DNA of 64,000 nt from an uncultured Candidatus Saccharibacteria bacterium. GTDB lineage: Bacteria > Patescibacteriota > Saccharimonadia > Saccharimonadales > UBA10212. Below the pieces are notes generated by a model, which was not told the DNA's origin, did no database searches, and saw only the letters and a program-made list of their open reading frames with translations. The stretch lies in assembly GCA_964400155.1 (NCBI GenBank), contig CAYNSQ010000002.1, forward strand, positions 6,797 through 70,796, in the 5' to 3' direction. This document shows, piece after piece, positions 17,240-25,901 of the stretch. The stretch's first letter is position 1; each line of letters begins with the position of its first letter. Both the position numbers and the translations under genes were made by a program.

Positions 17240-18196
17240 ATGACGCAAAAAACTATTTTAGGTCACAGCAAACTTGAAGTCAGACGGATTGGCCTTGGCT
17301 GTATGGGAATGTCAGAATTCTATGGAACCTTTGACGAAAAAGAATCCATAAATACATTGCACAAGGCTATTGACTTAGGGATTAATTTTTTCGACACTGC
17401 TGATATGTACGGTTGTGGAACAAATGAACAGCTATTGGGAAAAGCATTTAAAGGTCGTTGGAAAGACATTGTACTTGCAACCAAGTTTGGAGTTATGAGA
17501 GGGCCTAATGCAGAATTTCTAGGCCTCAACGGAAAAGCAGATTACATTAAAAAAGCATGCAACGCTAGCTTAAAACGCTTAGATGTAGAAGCTATTGATT
17601 TGTACTACATGCACCGGCAAGATCCAAAAGTTGAGATTGAGGAAATCATTGGCTCATTAGCAGACTTGATCAAGCAAGGTAAAGTGAAAAATATTGGACT
17701 TTGTGAAGTAAGTGCTGAAACTCTTCGCAGAGCACATGCTATTCATCCTATTTCAGCAGTTCAAACAGAATATTCTTTGTGGAGTCGCGAACCGGAGAAA
17801 GAACTTTTTAAAGTATGCAAAGAATTAGGCGTCTCTTTTGTTGCGTACAGTCCGCTTGGTAGAGGATTTCTGACAGGTACTATAAAAAGTCGCGCTGATT
17901 TGGAAACTGGTGATTTCCGTCTTTCCAATCCTCGATTTACTGACGAAGCCATGCAAAAAAATCTAAAATTTGTTGAGGTCGTTTCCCTAATCGCCCAAAA
18001 AAAAGGAGTTTCAAGCGCACAGATAGCTCTAGCTTGGATTTTGAGTCAAAACGATGAAATAATTGCTATCCCAGGCACCCGTAAAATCCATCGTCTTAAA
18101 GAAAACCTCAGCGCGTTAAACGTGGAGCTGAACGACGAGGATTTGTCTATCATTGAACAACACTTGCCTAAAGAAACAGTCGGTGCACGTTACTGA
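17240..18196 (+). CDS. aldo/keto reductase
   Basis: Matches include LGCMGMS, FFDTADMYG, LATKFG, LKRLDVEAIDLYYMHRQD, IGLCEVS, EYSLW, YSPLGRGFLTG and IPGTRK. Confidence 0.85.
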   Translation: MTQKTILGHSKLEVRRIGLGCMGMSEFYGTFDEKESINTLHKAIDLGINFFDTADMYGCGTNEQLLGKAFKGRWKDIVLATKFGVMRGPNAEFLGLNGKADYIKKACNASLKRLDVEAIDLYYMHRQDPKVEIEEIIGSLADLIKQGKVKNIGLCEVSAETLRRAHAIHPISAVQTEYSLWSREPEKELFKVCKELGVSFVAYSPLGRGFLTGTIKSRADLETGDFRLSNPRFTDEAMQKNLKFVEVVSLIAQKKGVSSAQIALAWILSQNDEIIAIPGTRKIHRLKENLSALNVELNDEDLSIIEQHLPKETVGARY

Positions 18197-18233
18197 ATCA
18201 ATTGCAAAGTATAACCTCTAATGTAATTCAGGT

Positions 18234-19508
18234 CTAAACCACTGTCATGAATGGATTTTCTAGACTTAAGCTTGGATCTGTTGATTCAATACGCATAAGT
18301 TCATTATGTTTGGCATTGCGTTCGCTTCTTGCAACAGCACCTGTCTTTATCTGTCCGGCTCCGCAACCAACGGCTAAATGAGCAATTGTTACATCCTCTG
18401 TCTCTCCACTGCGATGAGAAACTATTGTGCGCCAACCGCTACTTTTGGCTAGCTGGATTGTTTTTATTGTCTCGGTTAGTGTTCCTATTTGGTTTGGTTT
18501 TATTAAAATTGCATTACCAGCACTCAGACTGATTGCTTTTTGCAGTCTTTCTGAATTAGTAACCAACAAATCATCACCAACGATTTGAATATTATTGTTT
18601 TGCGCAGTTAATTTCTGCCAGTCAGACCATTCATCTTGGCTTAGACCATCTTCTACCGAAACAATCGGATAATCATTGCATAACCGAGTAATGTAATCTA
18701 TCATCTGGTGTGCATCTAGATTAGTGTTTTCAGTTTTTAATTCATACTTACTATCTTTAAAAAATTCTGAAGCCGCCACATCAATAGCAAAGACAACATC
18801 AATACCCGGTTTATAGCCGGCCTTTTGTGTTGCCAGAACAAGTTCATCTAGCATTGAACTGTTTTTGTGAACTTCAAAAGTAAACCCACCTTCATCACCA
18901 ACAGCAGTGGACAACCCTTTTTCGGCTAAATTCTTTTTTAGTACCTGGTATATTTCTACAGCAGTTTTTATAGCTTCAAAATATGTTTTTGCAGAAATTG
19001 GAACCACCATAAATTCTTGAAAATCGGATGAATTATTGGCGTGCTTACCGCCATTAAGAAAATTTAACATAGGCATTGGTAGCGACATGGTGGGGTTGTG
19101 TGCAATATCATTTATTTGTTTGTATAGTGGAATTTTTCGGTATTTAGCAGCAGCATGCGTGCATGCTAATGATGTGGCCAAGATAGCATTAGCACCCAGT
19201 CTTGATTTATCAATTGTGCCATCAAGTTCTATCAAGCTGCGGTCAATTAAAAACTGATCATCTGCTTCAAAATGCCTTAGTCTATTATTAATTTCTGTTT
19301 TTATATTATTTACAGCGTCAGCAACGCTTTTTCCGGCAAAATCATCTCCGCCGTCTCTAAGTTCTTTTGCCTCATGTTCACCCGTAGAAGCACCCGATGG
19401 TACCATAGCTCTACCAAACTCACCGTTTCTAAGCCAAACTTCTGCTTCAACAGTTGGTTCTCCTCTGGAGTCAATAATTTGACGAGCGTCAATCTTTTCA
19501 ATCTGCAT
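18234..19508 (-). CDS. eno: enolase
   Basis: Matches include ARQIIDSRGEPTVEAEV, PSGASTGEHEA, LKPNQIGTLTET and SHRSGETED. Confidence 0.95.
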   Translation of the reverse strand: MQIEKIDARQIIDSRGEPTVEAEVWLRNGEFGRAMVPSGASTGEHEAKELRDGGDDFAGKSVADAVNNIKTEINNRLRHFEADDQFLIDRSLIELDGTIDKSRLGANAILATSLACTHAAAKYRKIPLYKQINDIAHNPTMSLPMPMLNFLNGGKHANNSSDFQEFMVVPISAKTYFEAIKTAVEIYQVLKKNLAEKGLSTAVGDEGGFTFEVHKNSSMLDELVLATQKAGYKPGIDVVFAIDVAASEFFKDSKYELKTENTNLDAHQMIDYITRLCNDYPIVSVEDGLSQDEWSDWQKLTAQNNNIQIVGDDLLVTNSERLQKAISLSAGNAILIKPNQIGTLTETIKTIQLAKSSGWRTIVSHRSGETEDVTIAHLAVGCGAGQIKTGAVARSERNAKHNELMRIESTDPSLSLENPFMTVV

Positions 19509-19551
19509 ATTTATATTTTCTCATAATGCTTATGTATAATTAAACTTAATA

Positions 19552-21210
19552 ATGGCATTAATATATTTTTATGATGCGACCGAGCTGGACAAAGCTCAAA
19601 TTAACGATGTTTTAAATGAAACTGACCATAATTGGGAGTTTGTATCGTCCAAGATTGAAACATCAAATTGTAATCTGGAAACAGAAGTTATTTCGGTTTT
19701 TGTTACAAGTACCGTCACTAGAGAAATTCTTGAGTCGTTGCCAAAACTTAAATTGATAGCCTGCCGCTCAACCGGATTTAACAATATTGACTTAGTCGCT
19801 GCTGAAGAACGAGGTATTACGGTAGTTAATGTGCCGAGCTATGGTGAAAACACTGTTGCTGAGTATGCCTTTACACTCCTGCTAGCATTAACCAGAAAGA
19901 TGACGGCAGTACTTGAGACACAAGGTAAATCTTTCTCAACTGAGGATTTACGTGGGCATGACCTAGAAGGAAAAACAATTGGAATTATTGGCACCGGTCA
20001 TATTGGCCAAAAAGCTTTAAGAATTGCCAATGGATTTTCTATGCACTCAATCGCGTATGACCCATACCCTAAAGAAGAATTGCAGCAAAGTCTTAATTTT
20101 CGGTATGTGTCGCTAGACGAATTGTTAGCAGAGTCAGACATAATCTCTCTTCACACGCCGTATTTACCTTCAACTCATCACTTAATCAATGGTGAAAGAC
20201 TGAAAAAGATGAAGCGCGGTTCAATTCTTATTAACACCGCGCGAGGTGAACTAGTTGATACTAGAGCACTTACTGAACAACTTGATAACGGTTATTTAGG
20301 TGGTGCTGCAATTGATGTTATTGAAGGTGAAGCCTTGCTAAGCCATCACGAAGAAACAGCCATGCTACGTAGTGAAATGATTCCGGAATCTCTTTTGAGG
20401 CACAGTATGGAAATTTCATTGTTGGAAAAACTTCCTAATGTTATCATCAGCCCTCACAATGCCTTCAATACGGAAGAGGCTATAAAGAGGATAAATCTAA
20501 TTACCTCTCAAAACATCATCGATTTTTGGTATGGAACAATACCTAACAAAGTTGAAATACCAAAAAAGAATATGGGTAAATTGCTGGTAGCCAGGCACGC
20601 AGAATCGGAATGGAATGCCTCAGGTAGGTGGACTGGTAAAACTGATGTTCATCTAAGTCCTAAAGGATTTAAGGAATCAGTATTATTCGGCCAAGCACTA
20701 AAAAAATCCGAAATTAAAGTAGACCTTGCTTATTGTTCGGAACAAATTCGAACTCGAGAGACACTAGAAGGTATGTTAAATACTGCTCAACTACTTGATG
20801 TAGCCATAATTGTTAGTCCAAGCATTAACGAACGTGATTACGGTGAGTATACAGGTAAAAACAAGTGGGAAATGAAAGAACTAATTGGAGAAGAAGCCTT
20901 TAATAATTTACGGCGTGGCTGGGACGTACCAATTCCAAATGGAGAAAGTCTAAAAAATGTCTATGAAAGAGTAATACCTTTCTTTCAGGATACTATCTTG
21001 CCGCAACTAAAAGAAGGTAAAAACATTCTGTTAGTAGCTCACGGCAACAGTATAAGAGCTTTGATTAAGTATATAGAGTCGATATCTGATGAAGATGTAA
21101 GTCATTTGGAAATGATATTTGGACAAATTATAATTTACGAACTTGATGATGCCGGACATAAGTTAAATTCATCAACCTTAGATATCGATACAAGCCCGCC
21201 AAACGCTTAA
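19552..21210 (+). CDS. in-frame fusion: D-isomer-specific 2-hydroxyacid dehydrogenase (D-LDH-like, aa 1-340) plus 2,3-BPG-dependent phosphoglycerate mutase (aa 341-552)
   Basis: The N-terminal part has GIIGTGHIGQ (NAD fold), NTARGELVD and SPHNAF. The C-terminal part begins at the internal ATG at 20572 with MGKLLVARHAESEWN (RHGESxWN), ERDYG and AHGNSIRAL. No stop codon separates the halves. Confidence 0.8.
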   Translation: MALIYFYDATELDKAQINDVLNETDHNWEFVSSKIETSNCNLETEVISVFVTSTVTREILESLPKLKLIACRSTGFNNIDLVAAEERGITVVNVPSYGENTVAEYAFTLLLALTRKMTAVLETQGKSFSTEDLRGHDLEGKTIGIIGTGHIGQKALRIANGFSMHSIAYDPYPKEELQQSLNFRYVSLDELLAESDIISLHTPYLPSTHHLINGERLKKMKRGSILINTARGELVDTRALTEQLDNGYLGGAAIDVIEGEALLSHHEETAMLRSEMIPESLLRHSMEISLLEKLPNVIISPHNAFNTEEAIKRINLITSQNIIDFWYGTIPNKVEIPKKNMGKLLVARHAESEWNASGRWTGKTDVHLSPKGFKESVLFGQALKKSEIKVDLAYCSEQIRTRETLEGMLNTAQLLDVAIIVSPSINERDYGEYTGKNKWEMKELIGEEAFNNLRRGWDVPIPNGESLKNVYERVIPFFQDTILPQLKEGKNILLVAHGNSIRALIKYIESISDEDVSHLEMIFGQIIIYELDDAGHKLNSSTLDIDTSPPNA

Positions 21211-21213
21211 TTA

Positions 21214-21840
21214 TTACGCCGCAGTGGCTTTTTTATGTAAAGCTTCGATAATTTCTAACTCAACCTCTTCTTTGTTTTTGCTGTCATCAACCCTAATTAA
21301 TAATTCGTTTTTTTGATAAAAGTCTATAACCGGAAGAGTTTGTTCTTTAAATTTAGCAATACGATTTTGCAAAACAACTCTGCTGTCGTCTTCTCGTTCG
21401 CCTCTGTCATGGGTGGCTTGAGCTTTCTCAAATCTTTTATAGATTGTGTCCTCACTTAGCTCTAGCAGGACCACTGCTTTCAAGGGATGTCCAGAACGGG
21501 AAGCGGATTCCATAATAATCTGCTGTTCCCCCTGCATTCTACCAACAGAACTTAAAATCAAAGGCTTGTTGTTAAGTTCTGTTCTAGATAAATATGGCAA
21601 AACAATATCCATATAAAGTTCTGACGGTAATAAGTTACCATCAGCCATAATTTCTTCAATCTTAGTTTGGTCTGGGTAACTACGTAAAATCTCGCCTCCG
21701 GCAATTAGTACTCCTCCAAGCACATTAGCCAGCATTTCTCCCTGCGTGTCTTTACCCGAAAATGGCAACCCGAATAAGTTGATAGAACCACTGCCTAACC
21801 AAATTTTTATTTCATTAATTTTAGAATCTGAATTGTTCAT
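21214..21840 (-). CDS. adenylate kinase-family nucleoside monophosphate kinase with a divergent P-loop
   Basis: GLPFSGKDTQGEML compares with the AK consensus GxPGxGKGTQ. Other matches are IMADGNLLPSEL and a short lid with REDD...NRIAKFKEQTLPVIDFY. Confidence 0.55.
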   Translation of the reverse strand: MNNSDSKINEIKIWLGSGSINLFGLPFSGKDTQGEMLANVLGGVLIAGGEILRSYPDQTKIEEIMADGNLLPSELYMDIVLPYLSRTELNNKPLILSSVGRMQGEQQIIMESASRSGHPLKAVVLLELSEDTIYKRFEKAQATHDRGEREDDSRVVLQNRIAKFKEQTLPVIDFYQKNELLIRVDDSKNKEEVELEIIEALHKKATAA

Positions 21841-21934
21841 ATAACTAAGATTATAGCTTATTCCTTGTTTAGTGCTTATGCTGGTATAATACCCCTAGAA
21901 GAACGCAAATAATTAGAGAGGGTGATTATTAAAA

Positions 21935-24304
21935 GTGTACAAATACGTAAAATTTTTTGAAGAATTATCTATAAAAGACATCCCACAAGTAGGTGGAAAA
22001 AATGCATCACTTGGTGAAATGTATCACTACTTAGCACCAAAGGGAGTGAACCTACCAAACGGCTTTGCCACCACCAGTAATGCCTATAGGCACTTTTTAA
22101 GAGAAACAGGAATTTCGGATAAAATCGCTGCAATTCTTCAAGGACTTGATGTAGGAAATGTTAACGATTTAAAAAAACGCGGCGCAGAGATTCGTTCAAT
22201 CATCATTAACACTAAATTTCCAAAAGACCTAGAGGAGGAAATAGTAAAAGGCTATAAACAATTGAGTCAAATTTGTGGCGAAAAAAACATTGTAGTAGCT
22301 GTAAGATCATCAGCAACGGCTGAAGATTTGCCAAATGCCTCATTTGCCGGCCAACAAGAAACGTATTTAAACATCAAAGGTGAGAAAAAAGTACTTAAAG
22401 CTACAAAGAAATGCATTGCTTCATTATTTACTGACAGGGCTATTGTCTATCGAGTAGAGAACAAATTCGACCATATGAGTGTCGCACTTTCTGTTGGCAT
22501 ACAACAAATGGTTGCCGTCCGGTCCGAAGCGGCAGGGATTATGTTTACTATAGACACCGAGACCGGATTTAGAAACGCTGTGATTATAACTTCAATTTAC
22601 GGGTTAGGGGAAAACATTGTACAGGGTAGAGTGAGCCCGGATGAATTTACCGTCTTTAAACCAACTTTAGCTATTTTGAAAAAAAAGGTAGGTGCCAAAA
22701 AAGAAAGAATGATACCAATTATGGGCAGCCGGACCAAAAACGTTGCCGTTTCTAAAGCAGATCAAGAGAGATTTTCAATTACTGATGAACAGGTAATCAC
22801 TTTGGCAAAATGGGGGATGGCAATCGAAGAACATTATGGCCATCCAATGGATATGGAATGGGCTCTGGACGAAAATAATGGCAAGTTATACATAGTGCAA
22901 GCCAGAGCAGAAACAGTTGCCTCACGCTTTAATCACAATATTATTGAAGAATACAAAATGACTCAGTCTGGTACAGAAATTATCACTGGAACAAGTGTAG
23001 GTAACAAAATAGGTAAAGGTGTAGTTAAGAAAGTATTTAGTGTAAAAGACATAGATAAGTTCGAACCAGGTGCAATACTGGTAACTGAAATGACAGATCC
23101 GGATTGGGTTCCGGTTATGAAACAAGCCAGCGCTATTATTACTGATAAGGGTGGCAGAACTTGTCACGCTGCAATTGTTTCTAGAGAACTTGGTATTCCG
23201 TGCGTTGTTGGTACGGGTAATGCCAGTGATGTCATTGACGACAATATTGAAGTTACCGTTAACTGTTCTGAAGGCGACACGGGCTATGTTTATAAGGGGC
23301 TGCTTGATTTTGAAATCCTAAAAACAAATATTAAGAATCTTCCCCGTCCCAAGACTAAAATTATGATGAACATAGGCTCGCCCGAACATTCATTTTCATA
23401 TTCTATGATTCCAAATGACGGTGTCGGTTTGGCCAGAGAAGAATTCATAATTGATTCACATATAAAAATTCACCCGCTGGCACTTCTACATTTTGATCGT
23501 GTTAAAGACCCCCAAACAAGAAACACAATAAATACTTTGACTCATGGCTATCAAGATAAGTCGCAATACTTTGTTGATAAATTAGCCGAAGGTATAAGTA
23601 TAATCGGGGCAGCATTTTATCCAAAAGATGTAATAATTCGCTTCAGCGATTTTAAGAGTAACGAGTACGCTAATCTAATTGGCGGTACGCAATTCGAACC
23701 AATTGAAAACAATCCAATGATTGGCTGGAGAGGTGCTAGTCGGTACTACAGTGAAGATTATCGTCGTGCATTCGAGCTTGAATGCAAAGCACTAAAAAAA
23801 GTTCGCGATGAAATGGGTATTACAAACGTAAAAGCCATGGTACCTTTTTGTCGAGATTTAACCGAAGCTAAGAAAGTGCTAGACATTATGGCAAAGAATG
23901 GCTTGGTTCGCGGTAAAAACGGCTTTGAAGTATATGTGATGATTGAAATTCCTTCAAATGTAATTCTAGCCGAACAATTTGCCGAACTTTTTGATGGATT
24001 TTCTATTGGATCTAATGATTTAACTCAACTAACACTTGGCGTTGATAGGGACAACCATACAGTTGCTCATGTCTATGATGAAAACAATGAAGCTGTAAAA
24101 CAGCTAATTCGGTTAGTGATTAAAATTGCCAAAAAAAAGAAGGTAAAAATCGGCCTTTGTGGTCAAGCCCCATCTGATTATCCTCAGTTTGCTAAATTTT
24201 TAGTTGAACAGCGTATAGACAGTATTTCACTTGCTCCAGATACTATCATCAAAACTACAATTGAAACTAAAAAAACAGAAGATAAGCTTGGTATAAAAAA
24301 CTAA
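21935..24304 (+). CDS. ppsA: phosphoenolpyruvate synthase (pyruvate, water dikinase)
   Basis: 789 aa with a GTG start. ATP-grasp N-domain (VGGKNASLGEM, RSSATAEDLP), phospho-His swivel domain (GGRTCHAAIVSRELGIPCVVG) and PEP-utilising C-domain (IGSNDLTQLTLG). Confidence 0.9.
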   Translation: MYKYVKFFEELSIKDIPQVGGKNASLGEMYHYLAPKGVNLPNGFATTSNAYRHFLRETGISDKIAAILQGLDVGNVNDLKKRGAEIRSIIINTKFPKDLEEEIVKGYKQLSQICGEKNIVVAVRSSATAEDLPNASFAGQQETYLNIKGEKKVLKATKKCIASLFTDRAIVYRVENKFDHMSVALSVGIQQMVAVRSEAAGIMFTIDTETGFRNAVIITSIYGLGENIVQGRVSPDEFTVFKPTLAILKKKVGAKKERMIPIMGSRTKNVAVSKADQERFSITDEQVITLAKWGMAIEEHYGHPMDMEWALDENNGKLYIVQARAETVASRFNHNIIEEYKMTQSGTEIITGTSVGNKIGKGVVKKVFSVKDIDKFEPGAILVTEMTDPDWVPVMKQASAIITDKGGRTCHAAIVSRELGIPCVVGTGNASDVIDDNIEVTVNCSEGDTGYVYKGLLDFEILKTNIKNLPRPKTKIMMNIGSPEHSFSYSMIPNDGVGLAREEFIIDSHIKIHPLALLHFDRVKDPQTRNTINTLTHGYQDKSQYFVDKLAEGISIIGAAFYPKDVIIRFSDFKSNEYANLIGGTQFEPIENNPMIGWRGASRYYSEDYRRAFELECKALKKVRDEMGITNVKAMVPFCRDLTEAKKVLDIMAKNGLVRGKNGFEVYVMIEIPSNVILAEQFAELFDGFSIGSNDLTQLTLGVDRDNHTVAHVYDENNEAVKQLIRLVIKIAKKKKVKIGLCGQAPSDYPQFAKFLVEQRIDSISLAPDTIIKTTIETKKTEDKLGIKN

Positions 24305-24381
24305 TTAAGCTTTCTAAATACTAACTATGTTATGTACTGCAAGAAAATATTTAACTAGAACTTTAGAAAAAACGGTTTAAA

Positions 24382-25029
24382 CTAAAAATTTCTCGCTAGC
24401 ATAGAGCTAAGTGCCGGTAAGTCATTTACTAAAATATTTTTATGCCCGATAGTTATTAAACCAAGTTTTTGAAGTTTTTGAAGTTCTCTACTAATCGTTT
24501 CTCGTGTCAAACCAGCTCTTGTGGCAAGATCGTTTTCCGAAATATTCAATTGGACTCCACCTTTAAATGGCTTGCCAAATCGTTGGCAGGCAACTACTAG
24601 TTCAAATAAAACCCTAGCGTGAGCTGATCCTTTCATTAATAAAACTTTTTGCCTTAACATACCGTCTAGTCCTTTGTAGACTCTGCCCAGTAAGTCGTAC
24701 ATTACATCCGAGTTATCTTGGATAAATTTGATGGCAAGATCATCAGGACAGGTTCTAATACTTACGTTAGTCAAAGCCTCAAAGAAATACTCATTCGTAT
24801 TTTTATTAATAGCCCAAGACATTGGGAAAAAAGACGGCGGTTTAAAAACATTTACCGTAACTTCATCACCTGATCCGGTTATGTCATATTGACGAACTTC
24901 GCCACTCAAAAGATACATAACACCGGCCGGTTGGTCGCCGGCATGAACAATTATCTCTTTAGATTTATATGTTTTTAAAGGGAAACTATTAAAAAAGTCA
25001 GATATTTTATTTTGAGTATTATCGTTCAC
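24382..25029 (-). CDS. Crp/Fnr family transcriptional regulator
   Basis: cNMP-binding beta-barrel region followed by a C-terminal HTH (SENDLATRAGLTRETISRELQKLQKLGLI). Confidence 0.8.
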   Translation of the reverse strand: MNDNTQNKISDFFNSFPLKTYKSKEIIVHAGDQPAGVMYLLSGEVRQYDITGSGDEVTVNVFKPPSFFPMSWAINKNTNEYFFEALTNVSIRTCPDDLAIKFIQDNSDVMYDLLGRVYKGLDGMLRQKVLLMKGSAHARVLFELVVACQRFGKPFKGGVQLNISENDLATRAGLTRETISRELQKLQKLGLITIGHKNILVNDLPALSSMLARNF

Positions 25030-25073
25030 ACTATAATAATACTTCTATCTTTATATCGAAGCTAACAAATAGA

Positions 25074-25508
25074 TTATATTGTCGTTGTTTGAGCTTGCTC
25101 TGTCGGACGAAGTATGGCGTTAACTATTCTGTCTAGACCATCATCAGCTAAGTTGGCTTTCACTACATATCCGGATATATTCATATCTCTCAACCCAGCT
25201 GGAGCATCTGCTTCGTTAAGATTAGAAATAATAAATACTGGAATATTCTTGCCCCATTCACTGGCGCGCATTTTGGCAAGAATCTGATCACCGGCAATAT
25301 TAGGAACCATAAGGTCTAATAGTACAAGCTGTGGAAGTTCTGTCTGAATTGTATAAAGCGCAGCTATACCGTCATAGGCTGTAAATATTGTATATCCCAG
25401 CATCTCCAACCTAGTTTTATATATTTCGGCTAGATCTTTGTTATCTTCTACTATTACTATTTTTTGTGAGTTGTTTGTTGGTTGCATAACAACTTTATTG
25501 TACTCCAT
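25074..25508 (-). CDS. single-domain response regulator (CheY-like receiver)
   Basis: IVIVEDNKD, phospho-acceptor context LVLLDLMVP, and VFIISN...KA. There is no output domain and no histidine kinase nearby. Confidence 0.8.
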   Translation of the reverse strand: MEYNKVVMQPTNNSQKIVIVEDNKDLAEIYKTRLEMLGYTIFTAYDGIAALYTIQTELPQLVLLDLMVPNIAGDQILAKMRASEWGKNIPVFIISNLNEADAPAGLRDMNISGYVVKANLADDGLDRIVNAILRPTEQAQTTTI

Positions 25509-25538
25509 TAATTACATCTTTTCGAGTACAATAAACAT

Positions 25539-25901
25539 ATGCTTCTTCTGGAGTTCTTTATTTGGTGGTATGGTCCGGGTTGGAAACAAGCCTGGCGAAA
25601 TAGTTACAAGTGGGTTAATTCAGTCTTACTGGCATTTTCATTGGACGTGCTGTTAAAAACTCTTTTTTCACCTTGGAAGCGAATAGTCTCAACACCTGGA
25701 CGTGGTTTGGACGAAAAAATGCGAGCAATGGTTGACAACCTTGTTTCAAGAGTAATCGGCTTTATTGTAAGAACAATAGTATTGATTAGTGCAGTCGTGA
25801 TTTTAGTTGTAACGGCAGTTGTTGGTCTTACTATGGCAGTTATTTGGCCGTTACTACCATTTCTTGGTGTTGGTTTGTTAATTTGGGGGCTTGTTGGATG
25901 A
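25539..25901 (+). CDS. small membrane protein, translationally coupled to the AAA+ gene
   Basis: 120 aa with hydrophobic C-terminal helices. The stop TGA overlaps the downstream ATG (ATGA at 25898-25901). TACAAT at 25527-25532 lies 6 nt before the ATG. Confidence 0.5.
   Translation: MLLLEFFIWWYGPGWKQAWRNSYKWVNSVLLAFSLDVLLKTLFSPWKRIVSTPGRGLDEKMRAMVDNLVSRVIGFIVRTIVLISAVVILVVTAVVGLTMAVIWPLLPFLGVGLLIWGLVG

Noticed and set aside
16600-17300. tRNA-adjacent repeats as att sites of an integrated mobile element.
   Set aside because: I recognise no integrase, recombinase or phage genes within the window. The duplicated part is the 5' portion of the tRNA rather than the 3' end that tRNA-targeting integrases regenerate. 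It is kept only as a weak alternative in the finding.
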